The notes: a model not told the origin generated them from the sequence alone. 64,000 nt of DNA from a virus (IMGVR_UViG_3300014205_000007:34090-98089), one strand, 5' to 3'. Shown: positions 37,504 to 46,822, numbered from the stretch's first letter. A program made the numbers and translations.

Positions 37504-37794
37504 TTAGTCGTTCTGGTGATCCAAGAGCCAATCTGGCATAGTCGTGGCCGAGCGAATTCGATGCACTTCGCCGGGAGCAGTCTGGCCTTCTGACGCCTGA
37601 TTCGTCAACTCTATCCCTGCATCTGCCTGTAGACGACGTAGACACCGGAGATCGGATTCGATCTTTTCCAGGAACCCAGCATTGGGGATACCCTGATAGG
37701 CGTTGGGGTTATCGGCCCACTGCATGATGAGAGCGTCACGACGTGCGACGATGGAGTCGATGGCGCGCTCGTAGTCTTTGGGATTGAGGCTCAT
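37504..37794 (-). CDS. hypothetical protein
   Basis: GAGG RBS. Confidence 0.5.
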   Translation of the reverse strand: MSLNPKDYERAIDSIVARRDALIMQWADNPNAYQGIPNAGFLEKIESDLRCLRRLQADAGIELTNQASEGQTAPGEVHRIRSATTMPDWLLDHQND

Positions 37795-37800
37795 GTCGGG

Positions 37801-38088
37801 TCAACCCTCCTCTTTGCCTTTCCATGCCCCCATCTTATCTAACTCTTCGTAAATATTTTTTCCGAGGTCGAATTCTACGTTTATGGCACCCTGCTTCCTC
37901 GGATCGCCGCCAAACAGGCCGATAACAGACATTTTATCTGCGACGGTGACGTAAACTTTTGGATACTCGACCACTACGCATCGCGCTGCACTAGACCCGG
38001 CAAGCTCCTGGTGAAACCGAAGCTGCTGCTCCTCGTCTTGAAACTTGAACGTGATTACCTCAACGATCATGCCATACCCCTTTCCCAT
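37801..38088 (-). CDS. hypothetical protein
   Basis: ORF in run of small genes. Confidence 0.45.
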   Translation of the reverse strand: MGKGYGMIVEVITFKFQDEEQQLRFHQELAGSSAARCVVVEYPKVYVTVADKMSVIGLFGGDPRKQGAINVEFDLGKNIYEELDKMGAWKGKEEG

Positions 38089-38155
38089 CGCCCATAATCG
38101 TTAATGCCTGCCGCCGATCAATCTCTGTCATGCCCTGCCTCTTGGTCCTTTTGAG

Positions 38156-38359
38156 CTAAAGGTTTGCTACCGTCCCCACCCTGGCACAGGTATAGCCTCT
38201 CTGGATCGACCAATTTGGGTTTTCAACCGTCCATTTGGCGAGAACCTGTTGGCCTCCGAGCATGCACTGGAATGAATTGATCTCCGGGAAGAGTGGGATG
38301 TGAACGTCTCGGCAGGATTGGCCGGCAAGCAGGCTACAGGCTAAAAACACGAGTTCCAT
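38156..38359 (-). CDS. small secreted Cys-containing protein
   Basis: MELVFLACSLL...C...CMLGGQ..LAKW...NPNW....YTC, an alphaproteobacterial-type small protein. Confidence 0.6.
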   Translation of the reverse strand: MELVFLACSLLAGQSCRDVHIPLFPEINSFQCMLGGQQVLAKWTVENPNWSIQRGYTCARVGTVANL

Positions 38360-38651
38360 GCGGTGGGCTCCCTCACCTTTGAAGATTACGCCCTACCCTT
38401 GTTGACGCTTCACCCCTGAAAAATACCCTGCGGGTTCACCCCGCGTTTAGATTATCGCCTTACCAGTGACGCAATATTGCGAGATATTACAGATGTTCCG
38501 CGGGCAACCCCCGACCTGAGACTTGATGGTGTCGCGTAGTATCAGGCGCCCAACGGAACCACCGCGTAACTGTAGCGTTTAGTCTGCGTTAGTGACCCAG
38601 AAGTTGCGTACCCTGAGTTCCAGCACTTCCCCCGTGCTAGAATGGTGATCC

Positions 38652-38698
38652 AGAGGCCCCTCCGCGCGTTAGGTTTGTACCTTGCGGAGGGGCTTTCT
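38652..38698. terminator. GC-rich hairpin, probable terminator
   Basis: AGAGGCCCCTCCGC/GCGGAGGGGCTTTCT stem. Confidence 0.55.
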
Positions 38699-38972
38699 GT
38701 TGATATTGCATCCCATCATGATTCGGGCGGTCTTAGAACCCTGCGCATAGGTTATGGTTTTACGTCCCCACACTTCACGCAGAATACCGGGCTGGAATAC
38801 TCACTCCACTCATGGGGGCACGAAGTGTGCCCCTTGAGATCGGATGGCCATTTCATCCTGGCTTTCTTCAGGACTTCCTTGAGCCAGTCTGATGAGACGG
38901 ATACTGTTGATGGGTTGTTCTGGTTCACGCTGAGGTCTCGGATGGGCTGGCGTCGGTGCGGTCATCGCTATG

Positions 38973-39260
38973 TCAGTCTTTCTTCAATTCCTTGATAGCA
39001 CTTAAGATGCGTCTCTCGCTACTCATGACCTCTTCCTTAAACCCCATCATTCCATGCAGAATACGCGCCTCGCCGGAGGATATAGCCTCGGAGACGGATT
39101 CCGTAATAGACCCTTGGAAGCGCCGGAACATCTCTCGCGTCTCATCCAAAATAGCCCGCGGCATTTCCCGCACGTCGTCGCGGAGACGGTCCAATTGACG
39201 GCGCATGTAGCGCACATCGTCTTCTAGGCCAGATACTTTATCCTTCATGTCATTTGCCAT
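38973..39260 (-). CDS. coiled-coil hypothetical protein
   Basis: coupled to the upstream gene. Confidence 0.5.
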   Translation of the reverse strand: MANDMKDKVSGLEDDVRYMRRQLDRLRDDVREMPRAILDETREMFRRFQGSITESVSEAISSGEARILHGMMGFKEEVMSSERRILSAIKELKKD

Positions 39261-39498
39261 TGGCGCCGCCTATAATCTCTAGCCTTGCGCAGACGTAATA
39301 ACCGTATCTGGTTCCGTATTTACCATGCGAAACCCGTGTGGGAACAGGGATGCCGCCCTGAGCTTCACATGCCGCCCTCCAAGCTGCCTCTTGCGGACCC
39401 AACACCGTTATCAAGTAGTAGATACCGGCAGCACAGCCAAGGACCGCGACAGCAACAAGCACCCCAACAACCCACAGAACAATATCCTCAACGGCCAT
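39250..39498 (-). CDS. small membrane protein
   Basis: N-terminal TM; ACEAQGG...C motif. Confidence 0.55.
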   Translation of the reverse strand: MAVEDIVLWVVGVLVAVAVLGCAAGIYYLITVLGPQEAAWRAACEAQGGIPVPTRVSHGKYGTRYGYYVCARLEIIGGANGK

Positions 39499-39730
39499 TT
39501 ACGCTCACCTGAGCTGGAATACAATTCACTACCTTCAAGTCGATGGGCCTCTGAATCATCATGGCTAGCGCGAATGCCACCACAGCCAAATGAAACGCGA
39601 TCTTTTGGCGATCTGGCCACGTAATACCGACCGCCACCCACACAAGGAACCCAAAACCGACGCCCCACAGCAGATCGAGCGCGGGGCTGATCCACCAAGG
39701 ACTACTTGCCATTTGTACGCTTCCTCTCAA
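39488..39730 (-). CDS. two-TM small membrane protein
   Basis: two hydrophobic segments. Confidence 0.45.
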   Translation of the reverse strand: MRGSVQMASSPWWISPALDLLWGVGFGFLVWVAVGITWPDRQKIAFHLAVVAFALAMMIQRPIDLKVVNCIPAQVSVNGR

Positions 39731-39911
39731 GCTGCTTGCTGCGCTCTAGTACAAGCTGGCGTATCGCGTCTGACTTGGATGGGATTGGGTCCAGGGACCG
39801 CCTGACGCTCTCTAGCGCATCGCGGAACTCCTTATCAGCCCTAATGGTGATAACGCCCGCGTCGTATTTAAGTGGGGATGTGTTCGCCATGCCGCGCATC
39901 CTATCACGCAC
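39702..39911 (-). CDS. ribbon-helix-helix transcription regulator
   Basis: ITIRADKEFRDALE...PSKSDAIRQLV; at a divergent junction. Confidence 0.65.
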   Translation of the reverse strand: MRDRMRGMANTSPLKYDAGVITIRADKEFRDALESVRRSLDPIPSKSDAIRQLVLERSKQLERKRTNGK

Positions 39912-40288
39912 TACGTCGAAATCAAGTAGTACGGTTGCCTGTGGATAAGAGTTCTTCTGATGACGAATTACCTATTGACGACGTATTACGGCTAAGGCAT
40001 AGTCCTAATCACAGAACGAGACCAAACGTTGGCCCATCACACCCCGGTCGGGTGACTTTCTCCGTAATCCCAACGTCTGCGTGAACCAAATCTTAACCCC
40101 TCCTACCAGAGAGACGAGACCCATGAAATTCCATAACATGCCGACCAATATGGTCCCAGAGTCACCCCTTCTTGAGCCCGTCGATGAAGCAACAGAGGAC
40201 GGAGATTGGAGACAGGTATCTGACTGCCTACCTCTCTCTATTCGAGAGATGCTTTTAGGTGGGTATAAAGTGAACGACTGAAGTTCGA

Positions 40289-40597
40289 GTGTTGACGCCG
40301 AGGAAGTCAATACTTCCTCGGCTATCTCGCCGCCAAGAAGCGCGGCTCGATAGGGCCTTTCGGCCATGGGGAGGGTATATGTTCGGCAAGGAAAAGCGTT
40401 GGTCAAGGGCGTCAGACGAAGACGTAGATACTCCCGATATTGACGAATTTCTTACGGAGGTGATCGACGTTTGCAAGCGATTCAATATGTCAATCGGACA
40501 CGAGGACGGACATGGCGCATTCTTGGTGCGCCGCGGATTCTGCGTCGATTATGCGGAATGGCTTTGGGGTGCGGGCATTGATGAACCGAGAGATTAG
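40289..40597 (+). CDS. hypothetical phage protein (likely start ~40379)
   Basis: IDEFLTEV..VCKRFNMSIGHEDGHGAFLV. Confidence 0.5.
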   Translation: MLTPRKSILPRLSRRQEARLDRAFRPWGGYMFGKEKRWSRASDEDVDTPDIDEFLTEVIDVCKRFNMSIGHEDGHGAFLVRRGFCVDYAEWLWGAGIDEPRD

Positions 40598-40606
40598 ACT
40601 AGGCTG

Positions 40607-40825
40607 ATGACCCGCACATACGAAGAATTAGCCAATCTCTGGAAACGCCTCCCGGACCACTATAAGTGTCCAGATGGGGTCAAGGTCTTCATGGACGAGA
40701 AACCTGTATGGGTTCGACTCTCACTCGTTACCGAGGCTGAGTGGTCAATACTGACTTGTGTTGCATCAGCGCATGAAAGTCACGAGAAGCAGCGATTGAA
40801 GAGACGTATTGCGAGGGGAAAATGA
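40607..40825 (+). CDS. hypothetical protein
   Basis: in plus-strand operon. Confidence 0.4.
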   Translation: MTRTYEELANLWKRLPDHYKCPDGVKVFMDEKPVWVRLSLVTEAEWSILTCVASAHESHEKQRLKRRIARGK

Positions 40826-41031
40826 ACTTGAAACTAGCCATTTGCGTTTGCACGGACACGGGGCAAGAAATTCTGCGCACCGACGCCTCACCATTGGAGG
40901 CTATCGAGGTGATGCGCGAAGCCTGCGCCAACCCGGAGTATCAATCGGTCTGGGCACGCGGCAGTCTCGCGGACGGCACCCCGCAAATCGTGTATCTCGC
41001 TGAGCTGGAGCAGAGGTTTCCCCTGCCGTAA
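40822..41031 (+). CDS. hypothetical protein
   Basis: ATGA overlap, GAGGGG RBS. Confidence 0.45.
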   Translation: MNLKLAICVCTDTGQEILRTDASPLEAIEVMREACANPEYQSVWARGSLADGTPQIVYLAELEQRFPLP

Positions 41032-41313
41032 GGTCGAGGCCAGCGGCAGATTATACCGCTGGCCTCGTGTTGAGTGCGTACCCTACGAGAGCGTAGCGCC
41101 GCGTAAGGTTGGAGCCCGGCAACACGACACCCCCTTTTGAAGGATACGCACCGTGGATATCTTGGCACTTTTGCTCATCAGCGTCACCGTGGTTGGTGTA
41201 ACTTGCTGTGGACTGTTTGTGCTGTTCATGATGATCGAGGGATGGGAGTAATGTGCGCCGTATGATCGAGAGCGATTTGCCGAACTTGCTGACCAAGAAA
41301 TAGGAGCGATGAC

Positions 41314-41517
41314 GTGTTGATACCTTCACTGCGCAGAGCGCGGCGCGGTTGGCCCGAACGGCTACCGGATGCGCCGGGCGAGCTAGTGAGCCTGATTGAA
41401 GATGCAATGATTGACTTCGGCCCCGACGGGCATTGCGACGGCGCGGACTATATAGCCGCGCTGGTCATGCAGTGGGTTCGTGAGAACGCCGATTTTCAAA
41501 AGTCAGACGAGAACTAG
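41314..41517 (+). CDS. hypothetical protein
   Basis: AGGAG RBS; DFGPDGHCDG. Confidence 0.45.
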   Translation: MLIPSLRRARRGWPERLPDAPGELVSLIEDAMIDFGPDGHCDGADYIAALVMQWVRENADFQKSDEN

Positions 41518-41528
41518 GGGAGCAGTTT

Positions 41529-41984
41529 TTGCCGACGATAGACGAGACGATAGCCTTCATACAGAAGGCGCACGCGGGACAGACCGACAAGGGCGGCCAT
41601 GATTACTGGCGCCACCCGGTATCGGTTATGAACCGCCTGCCGAATGACGCCACGGAGAGCGAGCGGCATGCCGCGCTGTTGCATGACGTGCTTGAGGACA
41701 CGGAATTCACGGCCGAGGACTTGCAGGCACTCGGTTACACTGACGATGTGATCCGCACGGTTGAACTGTTGTCGCGCCCGCCGGGGCTGACCTACATGGA
41801 ATGGATACGGTCACTCGCAGTAAGCGGCAACCGCGCCGCTATTCGCATCAAGATAGCTGATAACGAAGACAACAGTGACCCCGCGCGCATTGCGACGCTG
41901 CCGCCAGAACAACAGGACATTGTGATACGCTACGAGCGGTCACTGCGCATCCTGCGCGCGGTCGATTTGCAGACGTCAGCTTAG
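41529..41984 (+). CDS. HD-domain hydrolase, RelA/SpoT small alarmone hydrolase-like
   Basis: AHAGQTDKGG..YWRHP, AALLHDVLEDT, IKIADNEDN. Confidence 0.8.
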   Translation: MPTIDETIAFIQKAHAGQTDKGGHDYWRHPVSVMNRLPNDATESERHAALLHDVLEDTEFTAEDLQALGYTDDVIRTVELLSRPPGLTYMEWIRSLAVSGNRAAIRIKIADNEDNSDPARIATLPPEQQDIVIRYERSLRILRAVDLQTSA

Positions 41985-41991
41985 TCAACTA

Positions 41992-42240
41992 ATGGAGCCA
42001 CCCTGCTTGACGAGTATCTTAAGCCGAACCCCAGACCACTACGGCTACCACTACGGGTTCTCGCCTGACGACCCGCGTCAGGTCAACGTGCGCCTTGAGC
42101 CACAGAACAACCCGTCCGCCCTATGGCATGCATACGTCGGGGGAGAGCGGGTGCCGGGAGCCTACGGGACAAAAGCAGAAGCCGAAACCGCTGCGCTGAC
42201 CTGGATCAAGAATAATCCGTTGCCTGGGAACGAATGTTGA
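41992..42240 (+). CDS. hypothetical protein
   Basis: WHAYVGG...YGTKAEAE. Confidence 0.4.
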   Translation: MEPPCLTSILSRTPDHYGYHYGFSPDDPRQVNVRLEPQNNPSALWHAYVGGERVPGAYGTKAEAETAALTWIKNNPLPGNEC

Positions 42241-42614
42241 ACATGGGGGCAGAATCAGCTATACTAGGGTTGCAGCACAAAGTTTCATGTGAAACGTGCG
42301 GGGCAATCCTTCTGGATGGCCCAGAGTGCCTGGGGTGTAAAATCCTGCGCAACGTCGAGGTCAAGCGCAACGGGTGCTGGCGCTGGACCGGAAGCACCCG
42401 TAAAGAGTTTGGCGTCATCCGCACCCCTAACGGGGTCTTCAGTGCCCACAGGGTTGCATGGGCCATTTGGCGCGGGGATGCCCCCTTCGGAGCGCAGATC
42501 GAGCAGACGTGCGGTAACTATGATTGCGTCAACCCGGATCACCTTGCCTTGAGGATCGGCCCCACACTCCACGACAGCCTCAAGCCTAGCGCGCCGCCTT
42601 CACCAGACGATTGA
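42234..42614 (+). CDS. HNH-fold protein, catalytic His apparently lost
   Basis: CWRWTG...SAHRVAW...IEQTCGNYDCVNPDHL. Confidence 0.65.
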   Translation: MLNMGAESAILGLQHKVSCETCGAILLDGPECLGCKILRNVEVKRNGCWRWTGSTRKEFGVIRTPNGVFSAHRVAWAIWRGDAPFGAQIEQTCGNYDCVNPDHLALRIGPTLHDSLKPSAPPSPDD

Positions 42615-42882
42615 TTTCTGTCTTGGCGTTATGTACCGCCGATAGCATCTGGGGAACGGTCGCCTTCACCGCCCTGGCAGCCTCCTCCACGGACTTCCCA
42701 GACAACACCATGGCAACGCCACGCTTTAAGTTCTCTTCACTCAGTCTCGACATTTCTGGACTCCCGCACTTGATCTCTCGCACCACATCAATACCCCAAT
42801 TAAACAACTCCGCAACTCGTTCCGCCGAGTATCCGTATTGGATAACGTATTTCTGGATGCGCTGAAAATCCTTGCTTCTCAT
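42586..42882 (-). CDS. double HTH-like regulator
   Basis: GYSAERVAELFNW and GKSVEEAARAVKA. Confidence 0.5.
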   Translation of the reverse strand: MRSKDFQRIQKYVIQYGYSAERVAELFNWGIDVVREIKCGSPEMSRLSEENLKRGVAMVLSGKSVEEAARAVKATVPQMLSAVHNAKTEINRLVKAAR

Positions 42883-43033
42883 CGTGCAGCCACAACCTTA
42901 ACCTTCGGCCGTTTCTTGGCGGCGATGCGCTGCGAGACGTTGTGAAACACTGGAGCCTTGACGATCTTTCCTTCTTTGGTCAGCTTATAGCCGGCCCCTA
43001 TGGGTTTGGTGGCCATGTAGTTTCCCCGAAATA

Positions 43034-43369
43034 TTACGCAGCACAGTCTTTTCTTTCCTCGGCAAGCAGATCGAGTATCTTGCCCACGACGCCTTCTGGT
43101 TCTCCGTCCATGGTCCTCGGCATTCCTGACCTGACCGCTTCAACGGTGCACCCGTGTTGAAGGGCAAACGAAACGGCAATGCAGGCTTCCTGAACCGAGA
43201 TGTCACGATCCGACCCGGTCTTGGTGGGATGACAAAAAATCTCCCCTATGCGTCCATCCGGGTAATAGCCGATGGTGGCAATGTAACGCTGGAGCGGATG
43301 ACCTGGGACGCCTGCCTGGAATTCAAAGGTATCAGACACGCGCCGGTTAGGAAGAGTTTCCCTGCTCAT
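43034..43369 (-). CDS. stand-alone TSCPD/NrdJ C-terminal-like domain protein
   Basis: RETLPNRR...TIGYYPDGRIGEIF...SFALQHG. Confidence 0.7.
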   Translation of the reverse strand: MSRETLPNRRVSDTFEFQAGVPGHPLQRYIATIGYYPDGRIGEIFCHPTKTGSDRDISVQEACIAVSFALQHGCTVEAVRSGMPRTMDGEPEGVVGKILDLLAEERKDCAA

Positions 43370-43376
43370 GCATCAC

Positions 43377-43688
43377 CTAAGCCCTAGTGCGCCACGCACT
43401 GTCAAAACTGGATAACGCGCGCTCCAAATCATACATCCCATCGGCCAGCTTGCCAAGCTTGAAATGGTTTCTTGCTGCTACAAGGTAGTCGATGTCCGGG
43501 TTGAGGTCGCGGCGCATGTTCTGCACTGCGGTTTCCATGCGCTCCTGAAGGTAATGCACCTTGTTCTTGAGTTCCTGGTTGTGCTGCATGAGGGATCGGT
43601 TCTGCTGCAATAGGTGCTCGTGCGCCACGAGAAGGTTTGCAAGCGCGTCCTCGCGATCCTCATGTTGGATGAGTGCGGCTTCAGCCAT
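43377..43688 (-). CDS. coiled-coil hypothetical protein
   Basis: AGGGGAAG RBS. Confidence 0.5.
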   Translation of the reverse strand: MAEAALIQHEDREDALANLLVAHEHLLQQNRSLMQHNQELKNKVHYLQERMETAVQNMRRDLNPDIDYLVAARNHFKLGKLADGMYDLERALSSFDSAWRTRA

Positions 43689-43706
43689 AAGTTCTTCCCC
43701 TTTGTT

Positions 43707-44870
43707 TTAAGCTGCTTCCTTGCCTGCGACGCTGGCTTGCCCGATATGCGGGGCGATGAAGTGTAGAATAGAAGCGTCTTTAACCGATCTCAAAAGGATA
43801 GGGCGCCCCTGTTCTGGGAGCATGGAGATTGAGATTTCCTCGTTATCAGGCCAGTCGGCCAAGGATTCCTCTAGGAAATGCTTATTGACGTGAAAGCTGC
43901 GCTGCGCGTCGAGAACTTCCGCGTCGATCTCGTCTCTGGCGTCGTCGAGCTTTCCACCTCCGGCCGATACAACCATGCCATCTTCTTTCAATTCGACATG
44001 AACGGTCTGGTATTTGCTCAGTCCGGTGGAGTAGACAACACAGGTGCGTTTCACCGCTTCTTTCAAAGCTGATGGATAGACCTTTGCCACCTCAGAACTA
44101 TTGACCATGATGGCTTTGAGGTGCTGCTCGTATTTCTCGTAAGCCTGACCCATGATCTTGGTGGTGAAGAGCATATCGGGAGTTTCGATCTGAAACAACG
44201 ATCCGGCCCTGACAGTGACGTTGGCGGCGCCTAATTGGCCAAGCAGGCGAAGAACCTCTGGCACGGCATCGGTGGGAACTGTGGTTGGCTTGAGTGTTTC
44301 TGCCCCATTGGGAAGCTCCGCCAATGCAAGTGCCATGCGTTTGGAATCGAACCCAACCGCTGCCAGCTTTCCATCCTCACGGGGATGAAAATGCACCCCG
44401 TATAGCCCCGGCTGCCCCATGATGTTCTTGGATGCGGCATAGTGTGTGCGCCCCATCAATTTGGCAAGGACATCAGCTCCGATGGAGAATTCTATGGCGT
44501 CGCTTTGCACCGCGGCAATGCTGGGAAAATCTTTGGGCTCCAATACCGAAAGAACGGATTTGAAGTGTCCCGACGTGACGTGCAGCCGCGATCCCTTCAA
44601 TTCAAACCCCACCTGAGCGCCTTGGTGCAGGTTTTCGGCGATCTCACAGAGAATTTTGCCTGGGACGGCCACAGACCCGTCATGGTCCATTTGGGCTGGG
44701 GCGGAGGCGGTTGCCTCGCGCTCCATATTGATCCCCGACACAAACAGAAACCCGTCCGACGCACGCAGAAGAACGCACGACAAAATCGGCATCGTGGACT
44801 TATCGGGGACGCACCCCTTCACCGTCTTGAGGATCTTTTTGAGGTGGATGGCTTCAATGACAAATCTCAT
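43707..44870 (-). CDS. dnaN: DNA polymerase III beta sliding clamp homolog
   Basis: STMPILSCVLLRA, GSVAVPGK, DFP, LYGVHF, AVGFDSKRMA, FTTKI; ~387 aa. Confidence 0.85.
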   Translation of the reverse strand: MRFVIEAIHLKKILKTVKGCVPDKSTMPILSCVLLRASDGFLFVSGINMEREATASAPAQMDHDGSVAVPGKILCEIAENLHQGAQVGFELKGSRLHVTSGHFKSVLSVLEPKDFPSIAAVQSDAIEFSIGADVLAKLMGRTHYAASKNIMGQPGLYGVHFHPREDGKLAAVGFDSKRMALALAELPNGAETLKPTTVPTDAVPEVLRLLGQLGAANVTVRAGSLFQIETPDMLFTTKIMGQAYEKYEQHLKAIMVNSSEVAKVYPSALKEAVKRTCVVYSTGLSKYQTVHVELKEDGMVVSAGGGKLDDARDEIDAEVLDAQRSFHVNKHFLEESLADWPDNEEISISMLPEQGRPILLRSVKDASILHFIAPHIGQASVAGKEAA

Positions 44871-44875
44871 GGAGC

Positions 44876-45406
44876 TTACTCCCGTGGACCATAAGCTATG
44901 GTGGCTGGGCCATCGTGGCGCCAATTCCACACGTAGAAGGCGTGATTAAAGGACGGAGACTTTTCTCCTGGAAACCAAACGACGCGCTTTAAAAAGACCA
45001 CCTTCTTATACCACGCTGGGTGATCGGCAAAAAGATGCGCCCGCGTCTTGGCGCTATCAAAGTCTATCCTTAGAAGCATTGCCACCATGCCGCGGCAAGG
45101 CTCCATGAGATCAAGCGCGTGCTCGATGAACTCTTGTGCCATATTATAGGGCGGATTTGTGATGATGGCTGTTGCCTCTCCAGCGCTTTTAAAGTCGAGA
45201 AAATTATCGCCGTTAACGGCGTCCGTCTCCACGACCTCAAACCCGTTGCGCCGCAAAACATCAGACATTGCGCCCCCGCCAAATGCTGGCTCCCAGCACT
45301 TCCCGCCGACCCACGGCAAATGCCCCACCAAAGTCTGCGTGCACCAACTAGGTGTCGCGTAAAAGTCGTTTTCCTTGCGTTCGTATCCGCTGGCCCTCTG
45401 GCTCAC
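44876..45406 (-). CDS. DNA adenine methyltransferase
   Basis: DFYATP, WEPAFGGG (SAM binding), IITNPPY. Confidence 0.85.
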   Translation of the reverse strand: MSQRASGYERKENDFYATPSWCTQTLVGHLPWVGGKCWEPAFGGGAMSDVLRRNGFEVVETDAVNGDNFLDFKSAGEATAIITNPPYNMAQEFIEHALDLMEPCRGMVAMLLRIDFDSAKTRAHLFADHPAWYKKVVFLKRVVWFPGEKSPSFNHAFYVWNWRHDGPATIAYGPRE

Positions 45407-45645
45407 ACCAACCTCATCTCTGCCTCGAACCCGAGATCAATAAAATCCTGCACTGCTCTGGTGGCTCGGTTATAGCTCAGCTCGAATTCGTGGGTTCGTG
45501 TATCATTGCCGAGGGTGTCGTAAGCCCCTAGACTTTTGGCTCCATAGGACGCCGCAACCCCGATAACCGTGGCGTCCATCATGCGCCTCTCTGCTTCGGT
45601 TCTAGGGTGGTAGAAGGCTCTGATTCTTGTTGGCTCGTAGTGCAT
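45403..45645 (-). CDS. hypothetical protein
   Basis: coupled to the MTase gene. Confidence 0.4.
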   Translation of the reverse strand: MHYEPTRIRAFYHPRTEAERRMMDATVIGVAASYGAKSLGAYDTLGNDTRTHEFELSYNRATRAVQDFIDLGFEAEMRLV

Positions 45646-46007
45646 GGATGAACATCTCTCGGTTCTAACGCAGCACTCGGAAGATTGTCTTGACGGAGCG
45701 TACGGTACTCTATGGACTGGCCACGTTCTTCGGACCGACGAATTGCGCGCAGCATGCCGTTACTTACACCGCGATCAATGTAGACAACACGCGCTTCAGC
45801 AACATCGCCCCAAGCAAATCCAGCCGTCATGCCTATTTCTCGATCCTGCGGGATAAGATCGTTGAGTGCGCCGTCTTGAGCGTAAAGAAGATGGCTGGCG
45901 AATGGAGCCTCACCCCTACTCAAACTATCTACAAGACACGCCTTGGCATACGCGATATTACCCTCAACATCGCCCGCCAATGGACTTTCTATCACCACCA
46001 ACCTCAT
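45579..46007 (-). CDS. conserved phage protein (VIESPxAGD family, nucleoside deoxyribosyltransferase-like fold)
   Basis: VVIESPLAGD...RGEAPFASHLLY...VYIDRGVSNGM. Confidence 0.65.
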   Translation of the reverse strand: MRLVVIESPLAGDVEGNIAYAKACLVDSLSRGEAPFASHLLYAQDGALNDLIPQDREIGMTAGFAWGDVAEARVVYIDRGVSNGMLRAIRRSEERGQSIEYRTLRQDNLPSAALEPRDVHPCTTSQQESEPSTTLEPKQRGA

Positions 46008-46018
46008 GATTCCTAACC

Positions 46019-46279
46019 TCAAAACGGTACGTCCTCTGGGAACCTATCGCGGAGCACCCAATGATAAGCGTCTCGCCACTGGCTCAAAGCAGCAAACGCC
46101 AACCAAGCACCGACCGCAAGCAGGACGGCATAGGCTATCCACCATTCCCACAGGGGACTGGCAAAAAATGATGACGAGCGCGGCAGCATCAGCTCGATCT
46201 TGGCCAGGACAATGGGGTACAACAGAGCCAGGACGGTTACAAACAGCGCCGATACAATGCTCCAGATGGTGCGGATCAT
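46019..46279 (-). CDS. two-TM membrane protein
   Basis: two hydrophobic helices. Confidence 0.5.
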   Translation of the reverse strand: MIRTIWSIVSALFVTVLALLYPIVLAKIELMLPRSSSFFASPLWEWWIAYAVLLAVGAWLAFAALSQWRDAYHWVLRDRFPEDVPF

Positions 46280-46743
46280 CGTTGCCCCTCCTCAACTTCC
46301 AATTCGCCACGGCAAGGGCGAGCGAAAATCTCACATCGATAAAGGACTTGTCCAAGGGTTTCCCCGATGGACGTGCGACCGCATCGCTTCTTGAAATCTC
46401 TCGCCCGACTGAGGTCAATATACTTTTCACCTAGATCGTATCGGGTATGCTCCATCCAATCTTTACGAGCCGCATCAAGCGCGCCTTGTTCGCCGATAAA
46501 CTGCGTTCCAAGTCCTCGGATGGGCGCCTTGCACAGTTCGTCGTCGTCCGGGTTCCGATAATGCCTCACATCATCGTCAGGACGCTTGCGGTACTTCACC
46601 CTCCTGGCCACTTGGTGCCGTGAGGTATGATAGCTAAAAACATCGGAGAACCCATCCGCCTTTGCGGATGCCGGATAAAGCAGATACATCACAAGAAGAA
46701 CGGAGCCTATTAAGACCCCGATGATGGTTGCAGTTCGTAGCAT
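46276..46743 (-). CDS. secreted Cys-containing protein
   Basis: signal peptide ...PASAKA; C-terminal RCEIFARPC. Confidence 0.6.
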   Translation of the reverse strand: MLRTATIIGVLIGSVLLVMYLLYPASAKADGFSDVFSYHTSRHQVARRVKYRKRPDDDVRHYRNPDDDELCKAPIRGLGTQFIGEQGALDAARKDWMEHTRYDLGEKYIDLSRARDFKKRCGRTSIGETLGQVLYRCEIFARPCRGELEVEEGQR

Positions 46744-46748
46744 GCAAA

Positions 46749-46822
46749 ACTCCTCGCTTCATCATTATGGGAGGGGAGAAGGCAGCACGCATCAACAAAC
46801 GCCAACCGTTGCCTGAAACAAA
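46749..46822 (-). promoter_or_regulatory. structured leader element, copy 2
   Basis: homologous to 28307..28383. Confidence 0.65.

Noticed and set aside
38889-39965. CTGATGA hammerhead-like cores near 38889 and 39957
   Set aside because: No stem II plus GAAA and stem III arrangement found
27724-46807. 11-12 nt matches between the stems of the duplicated leader and sites 600-700 bp downstream (CGCCGGGAGGG at 27724; CAAACGCCAACC at 46093), suggesting guide loops
   Set aside because: The matching bases are paired within the hairpins and are direct repeats on the same transcript; not distinguishable from chance without homologs
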